DNA of 64,000 bases from Vulcanimicrobiota bacterium (GTDB lineage: Bacteria > Vulcanimicrobiota > Vulcanimicrobiia > Vulcanimicrobiales > Vulcanimicrobiaceae), in the NCBI GenBank assembly GCA_963695225.1, contig OY968762.1, positions 1,824,001-1,888,000 on the forward strand, read 5' to 3'. Under the pieces are notes generated by a model. That model made no database searches. It was not told where the DNA came from and saw only the letters and a list, made by a program, of their open reading frames with translations. The translations under genes and the position numbers were made by a program. The stretch's first letter is position 1. Each line of letters begins with the position of its first letter. Positions 48,611-56,668 of the stretch are shown here, one piece after another.

Positions 48611-50383
48611 ATGATTCTTGAAGGCGAGCCGATCCGGCGCGACGCCGCCGAGCTGCTCTATAAGAGGGGTTCGGCTATCATCTTCATCATGCTCGTCGCC
48701 GGTGCAGTGCTCATCGTAGCAACGCCCGCGGCGTTTTCGCAGCCCCGCGCGGTGGCGCTGGCCTGGCTCGGGGCTTTGCTTCTTGTCTGCGGCGCGCGCG
48801 CGATCGACGTGCACCGCGAATACGAACGCATGCAGCGCGACATAGAAGTCGAACGTCAACGAAGCGCGGAGATCAGTTTCGAGCTCATGAAGGCGAAGGC
48901 TGCGCTGAGAGAGAGCCAGGCGAGCCTCGAAGAACGGATTAGGGCGCGCACGGCAGAACTCGAATTGCAGGCACGCGAGAAGGAAAGCTACGGCCTTGAA
49001 GTGGCCCGGCTCGCATCGCGCGATTCGCTGACCGGCCTCATCAACCGCAATACGCTGGCCGACAACTTGGGCGCCGAGCTGGAACGGGCCGAGACCCTCG
49101 ATCAATCCATTGCCGTGCTGTTCCTCGACCTCGATAAGTTCAAAGAAGTCAACGACCTGCTCGGCCACCATGCGGGCGACCGCGTCTTGCGCGAAGTCGT
49201 GAAGCGCATGAACGCCGTGGCGCCCGCCGGCTCGACCCTGGCACGCTGGGGCGGCGACGAGTTCGTTCTCCTTCATTCTCTCGACGGCGCAGCGCAGTCG
49301 GCGACGGTCCTCGGCGAGCAGCTACGCAGGAAGATCAGCGAACCCGTCAACGTCGGTGGGGAGACCGTGCACGTCGGCGCGTCGGTCGGCATCGCGATCT
49401 ATCCGGATCACGGCCGCACTGCCGACGAATTGATCAGGGCCGCCGACATGGCGATGTACGCGGCAAAGCAGGATGGACGCGACCGGGTACGGACATTCGA
49501 CCCGTCACTCGCCGACGCGCTCAGCAGCCGGCACATTCTCGAGCAGGCCCTGCGCGAGGCGGTCGAACGCGGCTCCATGCGCCTGATGTTTCAGCCCATC
49601 GTCTCCGCGGAGAGCTGGCGCTGCGAAACGCTTGAAGCGCTGCTGCGTTGGCAGCATCCGGCGCTCGGCACGATCTCTCCGAGCGTCTTCATCCCGCTCG
49701 CCGAACGGACGGGCGAGATCGTCTCGATCGGGCGTTGGGTCCTTCACGAGGCCTGCATGGCTGCAGCCTCGTGGCAAGGCGAACCCGCGCCCTCGGTCAG
49801 CGTCAACGTGTCGGTTGCCCAGGTCATCTCCGGCAGCCTGATCGACGACGTTCGTGCCGCGCTGACGGCAAGCGGCTTGGACCCCCACCGGCTGGAGCTC
49901 GAAGTCACGGAGAGCCTCTTCGCGGGCGATTTCGAGCGGACGGCGATTCCAACCCTCGAAGCGCTCCGCGCGATGGGCCTTCGTATCTCGCTCGATGACT
50001 TCGGCACGGGGTTCTCCTCGCTCGGATACCTGCGCACGCTGCCGATCGATACGATCAAGATCGACCAGTCGTTCGTCCAGCTCATGCACGGCGACACGCG
50101 GTCGATCATCGAAGCGATGCAGTCCATCGCTCGCGCGTTCGACCTCACCGTCGTCGCCGAGGGCGTCGAAACCGTCGATCAGGCCGCCGCGCTCGGAGCG
50201 ATGGGCGTACACTTCCTGCAGGGCTACTTCTTTTCGCGCCCGCTCGAAGCCGCATTCGTGCCGGGCTCCTTCACGCTCGATATCGACCACGGCGCCTCGA
50301 CGCGCGCGCTGCAACAGAACCATCGGCTCTCCGCGATTCCCGGAGGGCGGCGCGACCAGGACATCGCGGTCGCCTGCGGCTGA
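48611..50383 (+). CDS. Membrane-anchored GGDEF-EAL protein
   Basis: 2 TM plus coiled coil; DSLTGL, DLDKFKEVND, RWGGDEF; FQPIV, EALLRW, ELEVTES, DDFGTGFSSL, IKID, AEGVET, QGY. Confidence 0.93.
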   Translation: MILEGEPIRRDAAELLYKRGSAIIFIMLVAGAVLIVATPAAFSQPRAVALAWLGALLLVCGARAIDVHREYERMQRDIEVERQRSAEISFELMKAKAALRESQASLEERIRARTAELELQAREKESYGLEVARLASRDSLTGLINRNTLADNLGAELERAETLDQSIAVLFLDLDKFKEVNDLLGHHAGDRVLREVVKRMNAVAPAGSTLARWGGDEFVLLHSLDGAAQSATVLGEQLRRKISEPVNVGGETVHVGASVGIAIYPDHGRTADELIRAADMAMYAAKQDGRDRVRTFDPSLADALSSRHILEQALREAVERGSMRLMFQPIVSAESWRCETLEALLRWQHPALGTISPSVFIPLAERTGEIVSIGRWVLHEACMAAASWQGEPAPSVSVNVSVAQVISGSLIDDVRAALTASGLDPHRLELEVTESLFAGDFERTAIPTLEALRAMGLRISLDDFGTGFSSLGYLRTLPIDTIKIDQSFVQLMHGDTRSIIEAMQSIARAFDLTVVAEGVETVDQAAALGAMGVHFLQGYFFSRPLEAAFVPGSFTLDIDHGASTRALQQNHRLSAIPGGRRDQDIAVACG

Positions 50384-50414
50384 GGCGCGCGCCGCCGAGC
50401 GCGCGGTCCACCGC

Positions 50415-50501
50415 ACAACGGCTCCGCCGATCGCCTACGCGATGTACGGGCCGCCCCTCGCGGCAGCGGGGCCCGCGCAGCGCGTCGAGGTCGTTCGCTG
50501 A
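50415..50501 (+). pseudogene. Displaced alternative 3' end of the A2M gene (contains right direct repeat 50424-50467)
   Basis: TTAPPIAYAMYGPPLAAAGPAQRVEVVR*; the intact gene ends TAAPPTAYAMYGPPLAAAGAATLVTIAR*. Confidence 0.85.
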
Positions 50502-50540
50502 CCGAACGACGCTCTTCGAGCTTTCTCTCTCCGAAAGCGA

Positions 50541-50676
50541 CGTCGATCAAGCCGCCGCGCTCAGAGCGATGGGCCTCGAAGCCGCATTCGTCCCGGGCGC
50601 CGCGACCGTCGAGACGGACCGCGGGGCCTCGCCGCGCGCGCTGCCGCAGAACAGCCGGCTCTTCGCCACCCCGGAT
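50541..50676 (+). pseudogene. Diverged copy of the GGDEF-EAL gene 3' end with a 36-nt deletion
   Basis: VDQAAALRAMG-LEAAFVPGAATVETDRGASPRALPQNSRL; the original (50173-50344) reads VDQAAALGAMG[VHFLQGYFFSRP]LEAAFVPGSFTLDIDHGASTRALQQNHRL. Confidence 0.85.
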
Positions 50677-50690
50677 AACGGCGCACGGCT

Positions 50691-51020
50691 CTATCTGAAG
50701 TGCGATTTGAGAAGGTCGAACGCATTGAGGGCGAGCGCAGGCGCGCCCATAAGCAGGATCGCCCATGTCTCGCGTTTGCTCAGCGGATGCCGGTCATCAA
50801 ACTCGCCCCGATAAAGCCCTGCGACGTACGACACGACACAGGTGAAAAAGACCAAGAGCGCGGCCAGAACTAGCAAGGACGCGATGCCGACGGCAACCGG
50901 GGGCGCGCCCGGAGCTTCATGGATGAAATGCAGCAACGGAGCCGTGTAGGCAATCAGACACGTGCCAAGCCCGAGTTTAAAGCGCTCGGACCAGCCTCGC
51001 AACGCTCCAACGTCGCGCAT
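50691..51020 (-). CDS. Hypothetical small membrane protein
   Basis: 109 aa with three hydrophobic segments; codon usage visibly more AT-rich than neighbours. Confidence 0.5.
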   Translation of the reverse strand: MRDVGALRGWSERFKLGLGTCLIAYTAPLLHFIHEAPGAPPVAVGIASLLVLAALLVFFTCVVSYVAGLYRGEFDDRHPLSKRETWAILLMGAPALALNAFDLLKSHFR

Positions 51021-51105
51021 GCTCAGTGGGATCTTCTCCTTGAGGACCTGCTGATTTCCGTTTGCTCATCGGCTCGCCGGACCTTCTGCGCGAGGAAATC
51101 CCCGG

Positions 51106-51495
51106 TTAGAGCGACTTCAAGTACGCGACGAGCGCCGTCGCGTCGTCGTGGTTGAAGCGATACGCCGGCATCGGATGGCGGGCATGCCTCCCGTTGGGCA
51201 GCAGGCCGGTCTCTAGGAAACTGACCGCCTGCGCCGTGGTGAGCTTGGGGAGCCCGGCCAGGCGCGGCGCGCGCGCGGTGAAGTCCGGCGTGGGGGGCAC
51301 CGGGAAGCCGATCGGGGCGCCGCGCAGCGATGCGCCGTGGCAATCGGCACACTGTCCGGCACCGGTCGCAAGATACTTGCCGCGCTCGATGATCTGCGCC
51401 GAAGACGTCGCATTCGCGAGAGCGGCGCGTCCGATCGGAACGATGCCCAGGGCGGCGGCAACGGCGCAGGCCGCAGCAAACGCACGATACGTCAT
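51106..51495 (-). CDS. Monoheme cytochrome c
   Basis: Signal peptide, RGKYL, CADCHG, HPMP (Met ligand), ALVAYLKSL; AGGAGG RBS. Confidence 0.9.
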   Translation of the reverse strand: MTYRAFAAACAVAAALGIVPIGRAALANATSSAQIIERGKYLATGAGQCADCHGASLRGAPIGFPVPPTPDFTARAPRLAGLPKLTTAQAVSFLETGLLPNGRHARHPMPAYRFNHDDATALVAYLKSL

Positions 51496-51647
51496 TCTTA
51501 CGCCTCCTAACTTCGTGGTCGAGCCTCCTTAGAGCGTTGCTTGCCCTTCCCTGTTCCCGGTCGCCTCGGGCGCGTCCATGCCTAGAGCCAAGCAGCGGGC
51601 ATGCTCGCGCGTGCATCTTTGCGCGGACCTGCGAGGTTCCTCGGAGT

Positions 51648-52094
51648 ATGAATCTCAGGACGCATGCGCCTCGCAGCGCAAACGACAAACTCGCGGGGCT
51701 CGTCTCGCTCAAGCGAATGATCGACAAGGCCCACGCCTACAATGAAGGGCTGCTCGGCGAATACCATTACGACTGCCCGCACGACAAACCGTTGCTGGCA
51801 TTCCTCGGGGTCGACGCGGCGACGTTCGCGAAGAAGGCCGCGGAATTGAAGGAGGACGACGCGATCGTCGCTTGGCTGCAGTCGTCGTCGACGCTCTCGA
51901 AGAAGACGCCGGCGGAGATCGAGGCGTTCAACGCCGAGCGCAGGCGCTGGCGCCCCGAGCCCGGCAGCCCGGGCGAAGCGTTCTTTCTTGCCGAGCGCAA
52001 ACGGATCGATCCAAGCCGAACGGACATCGTGACATGGTTCGATCTGCTCGACCTCGACGAGAAACGTCCGGTTCCGGTCGCCACCCGGGCCTGA
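51648..52094 (+). CDS. DUF5069-like protein
   Basis: NLRTHAPRS..LAGLVSLKRMIDKAHA..GLLGEYHYDCPHD..LLAFLGVD, TWFDLLDLDE. Confidence 0.8.
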   Translation: MNLRTHAPRSANDKLAGLVSLKRMIDKAHAYNEGLLGEYHYDCPHDKPLLAFLGVDAATFAKKAAELKEDDAIVAWLQSSSTLSKKTPAEIEAFNAERRRWRPEPGSPGEAFFLAERKRIDPSRTDIVTWFDLLDLDEKRPVPVATRA

Positions 52095-52720
52095 ACCCTC
52101 GCACCGCGCTCGACTTCGCCGCGGTCGCGATCGCGGCGGGATCCGCGGTCGCGATTTCGCGCGAAGTCGCCGAACGCGAGCTCCTCGGCTTCGACGCAAG
52201 CATCCCGCTCGCGCTGCACGCCGTCGGGCCGATGCTCGACATCCCGGCGCGGTTCGTCACCGTCTTCGGCAACGGCGCGGTCGTCTTCGCGGTCGCGGCG
52301 ATCGCCGCAGCGCTGCTCGCCCTGCGCGGCGCCCGTTCCTGGGCCTGGGGCGTCGCCTTCGTCGCGATCGGCGCGGGTCTCGTCGATCTCGCGCTCAAGC
52401 TCGCCTTCGGCCGCGAACGCCCCGAACTCTGGGCACGGCCGCCGGTCGCGGGCTTCGCGTTCCCCAGCGGCCACGCGATGGAATCCGCGGCGGTCTATTT
52501 CTACCTAGCCGCGGCCGTCCGCGCCGTCGCGCCGCGGTACGGCCGTCTCGCTACCGCCGTCTCGGTGCTCCTCGTCGCGGCGATTGCCCTGAGCCGCGTG
52601 GTGCTCGGCGTGCACTGGCCCTCCGACGTCCTCGGCGGCGTCGCGATCGGCTACCTGCTGCAGCGCCTGTGCACGCTCTGGGCGGCACGCGCGACGCAGC
52701 CGGCTCGAGCGGATCCGTGA
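52091..52720 (+). CDS. PAP2-family membrane phosphatase
   Basis: KLAFGRERP, FPSGH, SRVVLGVHWPSD; start uncertain (CTGA overlap at 52091). Confidence 0.88.
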   Translation: MNPRTALDFAAVAIAAGSAVAISREVAERELLGFDASIPLALHAVGPMLDIPARFVTVFGNGAVVFAVAAIAAALLALRGARSWAWGVAFVAIGAGLVDLALKLAFGRERPELWARPPVAGFAFPSGHAMESAAVYFYLAAAVRAVAPRYGRLATAVSVLLVAAIALSRVVLGVHWPSDVLGGVAIGYLLQRLCTLWAARATQPARADP

Positions 52721-52736
52721 CCGCGTCCCTTGGGGC

Positions 52737-53327
52737 TCAGCCGCGCCGCACCGTCAAGCGTCCGTAGCACTCGGCCGCTCGAACGCGCAGATCCTCGAGC
52801 GTGCCGTCGTTTTCGATGACTTCGTCGGCGAGCGCGCGGGCGGCGGCGGGATCGATCTGCGCCGCGATCCTCCGCTCGATCTCCGCGCGGGAGAGCGCGC
52901 TACGCGCCGTCACACGCGCGATCCGCGCTTCGAGCGGCGCGACGACGAGCACGTTGCGCTCGCAACTCCGATAGACGCCCGCCTCGAACAGCAGCGGAAC
53001 GTCTTGCACGACGATCTGCCCCGGCCGCGCCGCCGCCTCCAACTCCGCGGCGCGTTCGCGCACGTGCGGGTGGACGATCCCGTTCACGAACGCGCGCGCC
53101 TCATCGTCGGCGAAGACGATCGCGGCGAGTGCAGCCCGGTCGAGCGAGCCGTCCGCGCGCAGCACCGCGGGCCAACGCGCGGCGATGCGCTCGAGCCCCG
53201 CGCTCCCCGGCGCGAGCGCCTCCCGCGCGAGCGCGTCGGCATCGATCACCAAAGCACCGAGGCCGGCAAATACCTTGCCGACCTCGCTTTTTCCCGATCC
53301 GATGCCACCGGTCAGACCGACGCGCAC
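52737..53327 (-). CDS. coaE: Dephospho-CoA kinase
   Basis: VGLTGGIGSGKS, IDAD, LDRAAL..IVF, VHP, DVPLLFE, IENDG. Confidence 0.95.
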   Translation of the reverse strand: MRVGLTGGIGSGKSEVGKVFAGLGALVIDADALAREALAPGSAGLERIAARWPAVLRADGSLDRAALAAIVFADDEARAFVNGIVHPHVRERAAELEAAARPGQIVVQDVPLLFEAGVYRSCERNVLVVAPLEARIARVTARSALSRAEIERRIAAQIDPAAARALADEVIENDGTLEDLRVRAAECYGRLTVRRG

Positions 53328-53340
53328 GGCGCGCTGGGAT

Positions 53341-54486
53341 CTAGTCGGCGGCTGCGGTGAGCGCGTCGTCGATCGTGCCCAATTCCTCGGGCGCGAACGC
53401 GGCCAGTTCTTCCGGCGGGACGTCCATCACGTGCTGGATCGAGCCCGTGATGCGGCGCGTCGAGTGGTTGATCGTGAGCAGCGTGACCTCGACCTCTTCG
53501 CCGGGGCTGTACTGCTTCTGCGGATCGAACTCGCCCTTCGGCACCATCGCGAGCACGCCCGGGATGATCTCGACGAGCAGATAGTTCGGCGTGACCTTCA
53601 CGACCTGCGAAATCAGCTTCTCGCCTTCGACGAGCTTGTCGGCTTGCTCGACCCACGGGTCGGGCAGCGCGTGCTTGAGCGAGAGGCTGACCTTCTTCGC
53701 ATCGGGATCGAACTTCATGATCTCGACCGAGACCGTGTCGCCGATCTTCACGACTTCCGACGGGTGCTTGATGCGCGCGTAGGAGAGTTCGCTGTTGTGG
53801 ATCAGCCCGTCGATGCCGCCGAGGTCGACGAACGCACCGAACTCGGCGAGCCGGACGACGACGCCTTCGCGGATCTGGCCGACCGCGAGCGTGCCGAGCA
53901 GCTCGACCTTCTTCGCGTTGAGCTCTTCCTCGAGGACGAGGCGCTGCGAGAGGACGACGCGATGGCGCTTGTGATCGAGATCGATCACCTTGAGCCGCAG
54001 GTGCTTGCCGACGAGCTCGTCGAGGTTGCCGACGGGCTGGCGGCGGATCTGCGAGGCCGGGACGAACCCGCGCATGCCGAGGTCGACGAGAACGCCGCCC
54101 TTGACGACTTGCGTGACCGTCGCCTCGATGACCTCGTCGGCCTCGTGCGCGGCGATGACCTTCTCCCAGGTCTTGAGCGCCCGGGCGCGCCGTTCGCTCA
54201 GGAACATCACGCCGTCGTCGTCGATCCGGTGGATCATGACTTCGAGCTTGTCGTTGACCTTGAGTTCCTTCGGCTCGATCGCGAGCGAAAGTTCGCGGAA
54301 GGGCAAGTACCCCTCGGACTTCCCGCCGATATCGACGAGCAGCTCGTCCTGGTACTTCGCGACGATGATGCCGGTGAGGACCTGGCCCTCGTCGAGAACC
54401 TTCAGGCTCTCTTCGTACATGCGCTGCTCGAGCGCGAGCTGGTCCTCGAGTTCTTCTTGTGGTGCGGTATCGGTGCTAGTGGTGAT
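53341..54486 (-). CDS. rpsA: 30S ribosomal protein S1 (short, about 4 S1 domains); probable ATC start
   Basis: LVDIGGKSEG, VVKGG..GFVPASQ, FGAFVDLGGIDGLIHNSELS, SLSLK..PDPW. The frame is open 22 codons upstream of ATG 54420 to an ATC preceded by AGGGGT. Confidence 0.88.
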   Translation of the reverse strand: MTTSTDTAPQEELEDQLALEQRMYEESLKVLDEGQVLTGIIVAKYQDELLVDIGGKSEGYLPFRELSLAIEPKELKVNDKLEVMIHRIDDDGVMFLSERRARALKTWEKVIAAHEADEVIEATVTQVVKGGVLVDLGMRGFVPASQIRRQPVGNLDELVGKHLRLKVIDLDHKRHRVVLSQRLVLEEELNAKKVELLGTLAVGQIREGVVVRLAEFGAFVDLGGIDGLIHNSELSYARIKHPSEVVKIGDTVSVEIMKFDPDAKKVSLSLKHALPDPWVEQADKLVEGEKLISQVVKVTPNYLLVEIIPGVLAMVPKGEFDPQKQYSPGEEVEVTLLTINHSTRRITGSIQHVMDVPPEELAAFAPEELGTIDDALTAAAD

Positions 54487-54492
54487 GGTGGT

Positions 54493-54547
54493 ACCCCTGC
54501 GCTCTCGGCGCGGGCCGTGGGCGCTTCCGGCGCCCGGGCCTATTGTA
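54493..54547 (-). promoter_or_regulatory. rpsA -10 box, hairpin leader and SD
   Basis: TACAAT (54547-54542) in an AT-rich patch; hairpins at 54519-54535 and 54499-54511; AGGGGT at 54498-54493. Confidence 0.55.
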
Positions 54548-54564
54548 TATTTTTTGGACTGCGC

Positions 54565-55380
54565 TCAGCGTGCTTGGCAGGTCCGGCACCACCAGGTGCC
54601 TCGTTGTGCGAGCACCGTCCGGGCGATCGGTCCGCCGCACCGTGGGCACGGCTTCCCATCTTTCCCGTAGACGCTCAATACGTTTTGAAACCCGCCCCGG
54701 AGGCCTTCGGCGTCGACATAGTCGTCGACCGACGTACCCCGCATCTCGATTGCAAGCCGCAGGACCTCGCCGATCGCTCGGTGGAGGCGGAGGCGCCTTG
54801 CCCGCGAGAGAGACCCCGCCGGCCGGTTCGGACGGATCCGAGCCTCCCAAAGCGCCTCACACGCGTAAATGTTTCCGATCCCTGCGATGCGCCGTTGGTC
54901 GAGGAGGAAAACCTTGATGGGGGTCGCCCGCCCGGCCAAAAGCCCGGAGAACCGCTCGAACGAGAAATCCTCGGAGAGCGGCTCTATGCCAACCTCGGCA
55001 GCCCACGATTCTTCCGGCCCGGCCAGGCGCATCCTCCCGAACTGCCGCACATCGGCAAAACAGAGCCGAGTTCCGTCCGAGAACTCGAGGAGCACGTTCG
55101 TGTACGGCTCGGCGCTCTCGGTGCCGGGCCGTTGAACGATCAAGCGCCCGGTCATTCGAAGGTGAACCAGGAGGGACTTCCCCGACGCGAGCGAGATCAC
55201 GACGAACTTCCCCCGGCGCCCGACACCGGCGATCCGTTCGCCGCGCAGCGCGCGCTCGAACGCGGGCGGCGGTGGGATCGCGACCTTCGGCAAGCGCACA
55301 TCGACGCGAGCGATCGTCTTTGCGGTGAGGGCGTTCGCGAGACCGCGCGCGATCGTCTCGACTTCGGGGAGTTCCGGCAT
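54565..55380 (-). CDS. mutM: Formamidopyrimidine-DNA glycosylase
   Basis: MPELPEVET, RRGK, HLRMTG, DVRQFG, GIGNIYACE, CPRCG..CRTCQ zinc finger. Confidence 0.96.
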   Translation of the reverse strand: MPELPEVETIARGLANALTAKTIARVDVRLPKVAIPPPPAFERALRGERIAGVGRRGKFVVISLASGKSLLVHLRMTGRLIVQRPGTESAEPYTNVLLEFSDGTRLCFADVRQFGRMRLAGPEESWAAEVGIEPLSEDFSFERFSGLLAGRATPIKVFLLDQRRIAGIGNIYACEALWEARIRPNRPAGSLSRARRLRLHRAIGEVLRLAIEMRGTSVDDYVDAEGLRGGFQNVLSVYGKDGKPCPRCGGPIARTVLAQRGTWWCRTCQAR

Positions 55381-55470
55381 CGCAAGGCAGGACGGCCGGA
55401 AGGGCGGGCTCGGTTGCAGCGCGCCGAGGAGAGCCCGCGGCACGGGCGAACCGCGCTCGCGGAGGTGGCG

Positions 55471-56124
55471 GTGCAGACGGACTCCCTACGGCGCCTGACC
55501 CCCGACGACGTGCGGCCGGGCGATATCCTGCTCTACGTGAAGATGCGGCGCTTCGACGAGTTCGTCCGCCTGCTCGACGGCGGGACGTACACGCATGCGG
55601 GCGTCCACAACGGCACGGCGATCGTCGAAGCGCTGCCGGCCGGCGTCGTCCCGCGCCCGCTCGAACGGAGCATCCTGCACGCCGCGACCGTCGACGTCTT
55701 CCGCTTGCGCGTGGACGAAGACGGGCGCGCGCTCGGCGAAGATCCGGCCTTTCCCCCGGACCCGGTCTTGCGCTCGATCGCCGCGTACGAAGCGGAGGGC
55801 GACCGCTACGCCTACGATCAGCTCGTCCTGCTCAGCGCGTTGTGCCTAGCGCGGAAGGTTCATCTCGGGCAAAGGCACGACGCGCTCGTGCGCGAGTTCC
55901 TCGATTCCGGGGCGGAGGCGATCGAGCAAATTCTCGCCCGCGGGCGCGAACCGATGACCTGCTCCGAGCTCGTCTATCGCTGCTATGCTGCGGCCGGCCC
56001 GCGATACCGCATCCAGATCCGCGAACTCGACGACGCAGGCGAACCGGTCATCGCCGATTTCGTGACGCCGCGCGATCTCGAGACGTCGCCGAACCTCGAA
56101 CGGATCGGCCGGCTCAAAGGCTGA
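55471..56124 (+). CDS. Permuted papain-like amidase (YiiX/YaeF NlpC/P60 family)
   Basis: GGAGGT RBS then GTG; RPGDILL, YTHAGV (His), YAY, TCSELVYRCY (Cys), VTPRDL. Confidence 0.82.
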   Translation: MQTDSLRRLTPDDVRPGDILLYVKMRRFDEFVRLLDGGTYTHAGVHNGTAIVEALPAGVVPRPLERSILHAATVDVFRLRVDEDGRALGEDPAFPPDPVLRSIAAYEAEGDRYAYDQLVLLSALCLARKVHLGQRHDALVREFLDSGAEAIEQILARGREPMTCSELVYRCYAAAGPRYRIQIRELDDAGEPVIADFVTPRDLETSPNLERIGRLKG

Positions 56125-56134
56125 GAGCGATCTC

Positions 56135-56668
56135 CTACGGCTCCGCTTCGACCGGCGCCAAGACGAGATGCGTTCCCGCGGTGAGCCCGCTCGCCGCGGC
56201 ATCTCCCGCGCGTAACTCGATCACGTATTTTCCGCGGCCGCTCCGCCGCGCGACGTCGAGATCGCTCGTCTTGGGCGTCGAAGCCGGGACGCGCGCCGCG
56301 ACGGACGTCACGACGCCGTTTGCATCGACGAAGACCATGTCGAGCGAAATCAGCGTGTTCTTCATCCAGAACTCGCGCGGCTCGTCGGTTACGAACGCGA
56401 ACAGCATCCCCGCGTGCGGTTGCAAGAGCGTGACGAACATCAACCCGTGCTCGCGCTCGCTCCGCGTCCGCGCGACCGCAAGCTGCAACGTGCCGTTCGG
56501 CGCGTCGACGACGTACGGCTTGCACGCCGGCGCCCGTTCGGACGTGCCGAACGGCCGCGGCGCGGGCGTCGCGAACACCGTCGGATCGCAATAGCGCGGC
56601 GCGCTCGGGAGCAAGAGCGGCAGCGCCGAACCGATCGCGATCGCGAGAATCCGCAGAGCCTCAAGCAT
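56135..56668 (-). CDS. DUF192-family protein
   Basis: REHGLMF, GMLFAF, FWMKNTLISLDMVF, YVIELRAG. Confidence 0.9.
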   Translation of the reverse strand: MLEALRILAIAIGSALPLLLPSAPRYCDPTVFATPAPRPFGTSERAPACKPYVVDAPNGTLQLAVARTRSEREHGLMFVTLLQPHAGMLFAFVTDEPREFWMKNTLISLDMVFVDANGVVTSVAARVPASTPKTSDLDVARRSGRGKYVIELRAGDAAASGLTAGTHLVLAPVEAEP

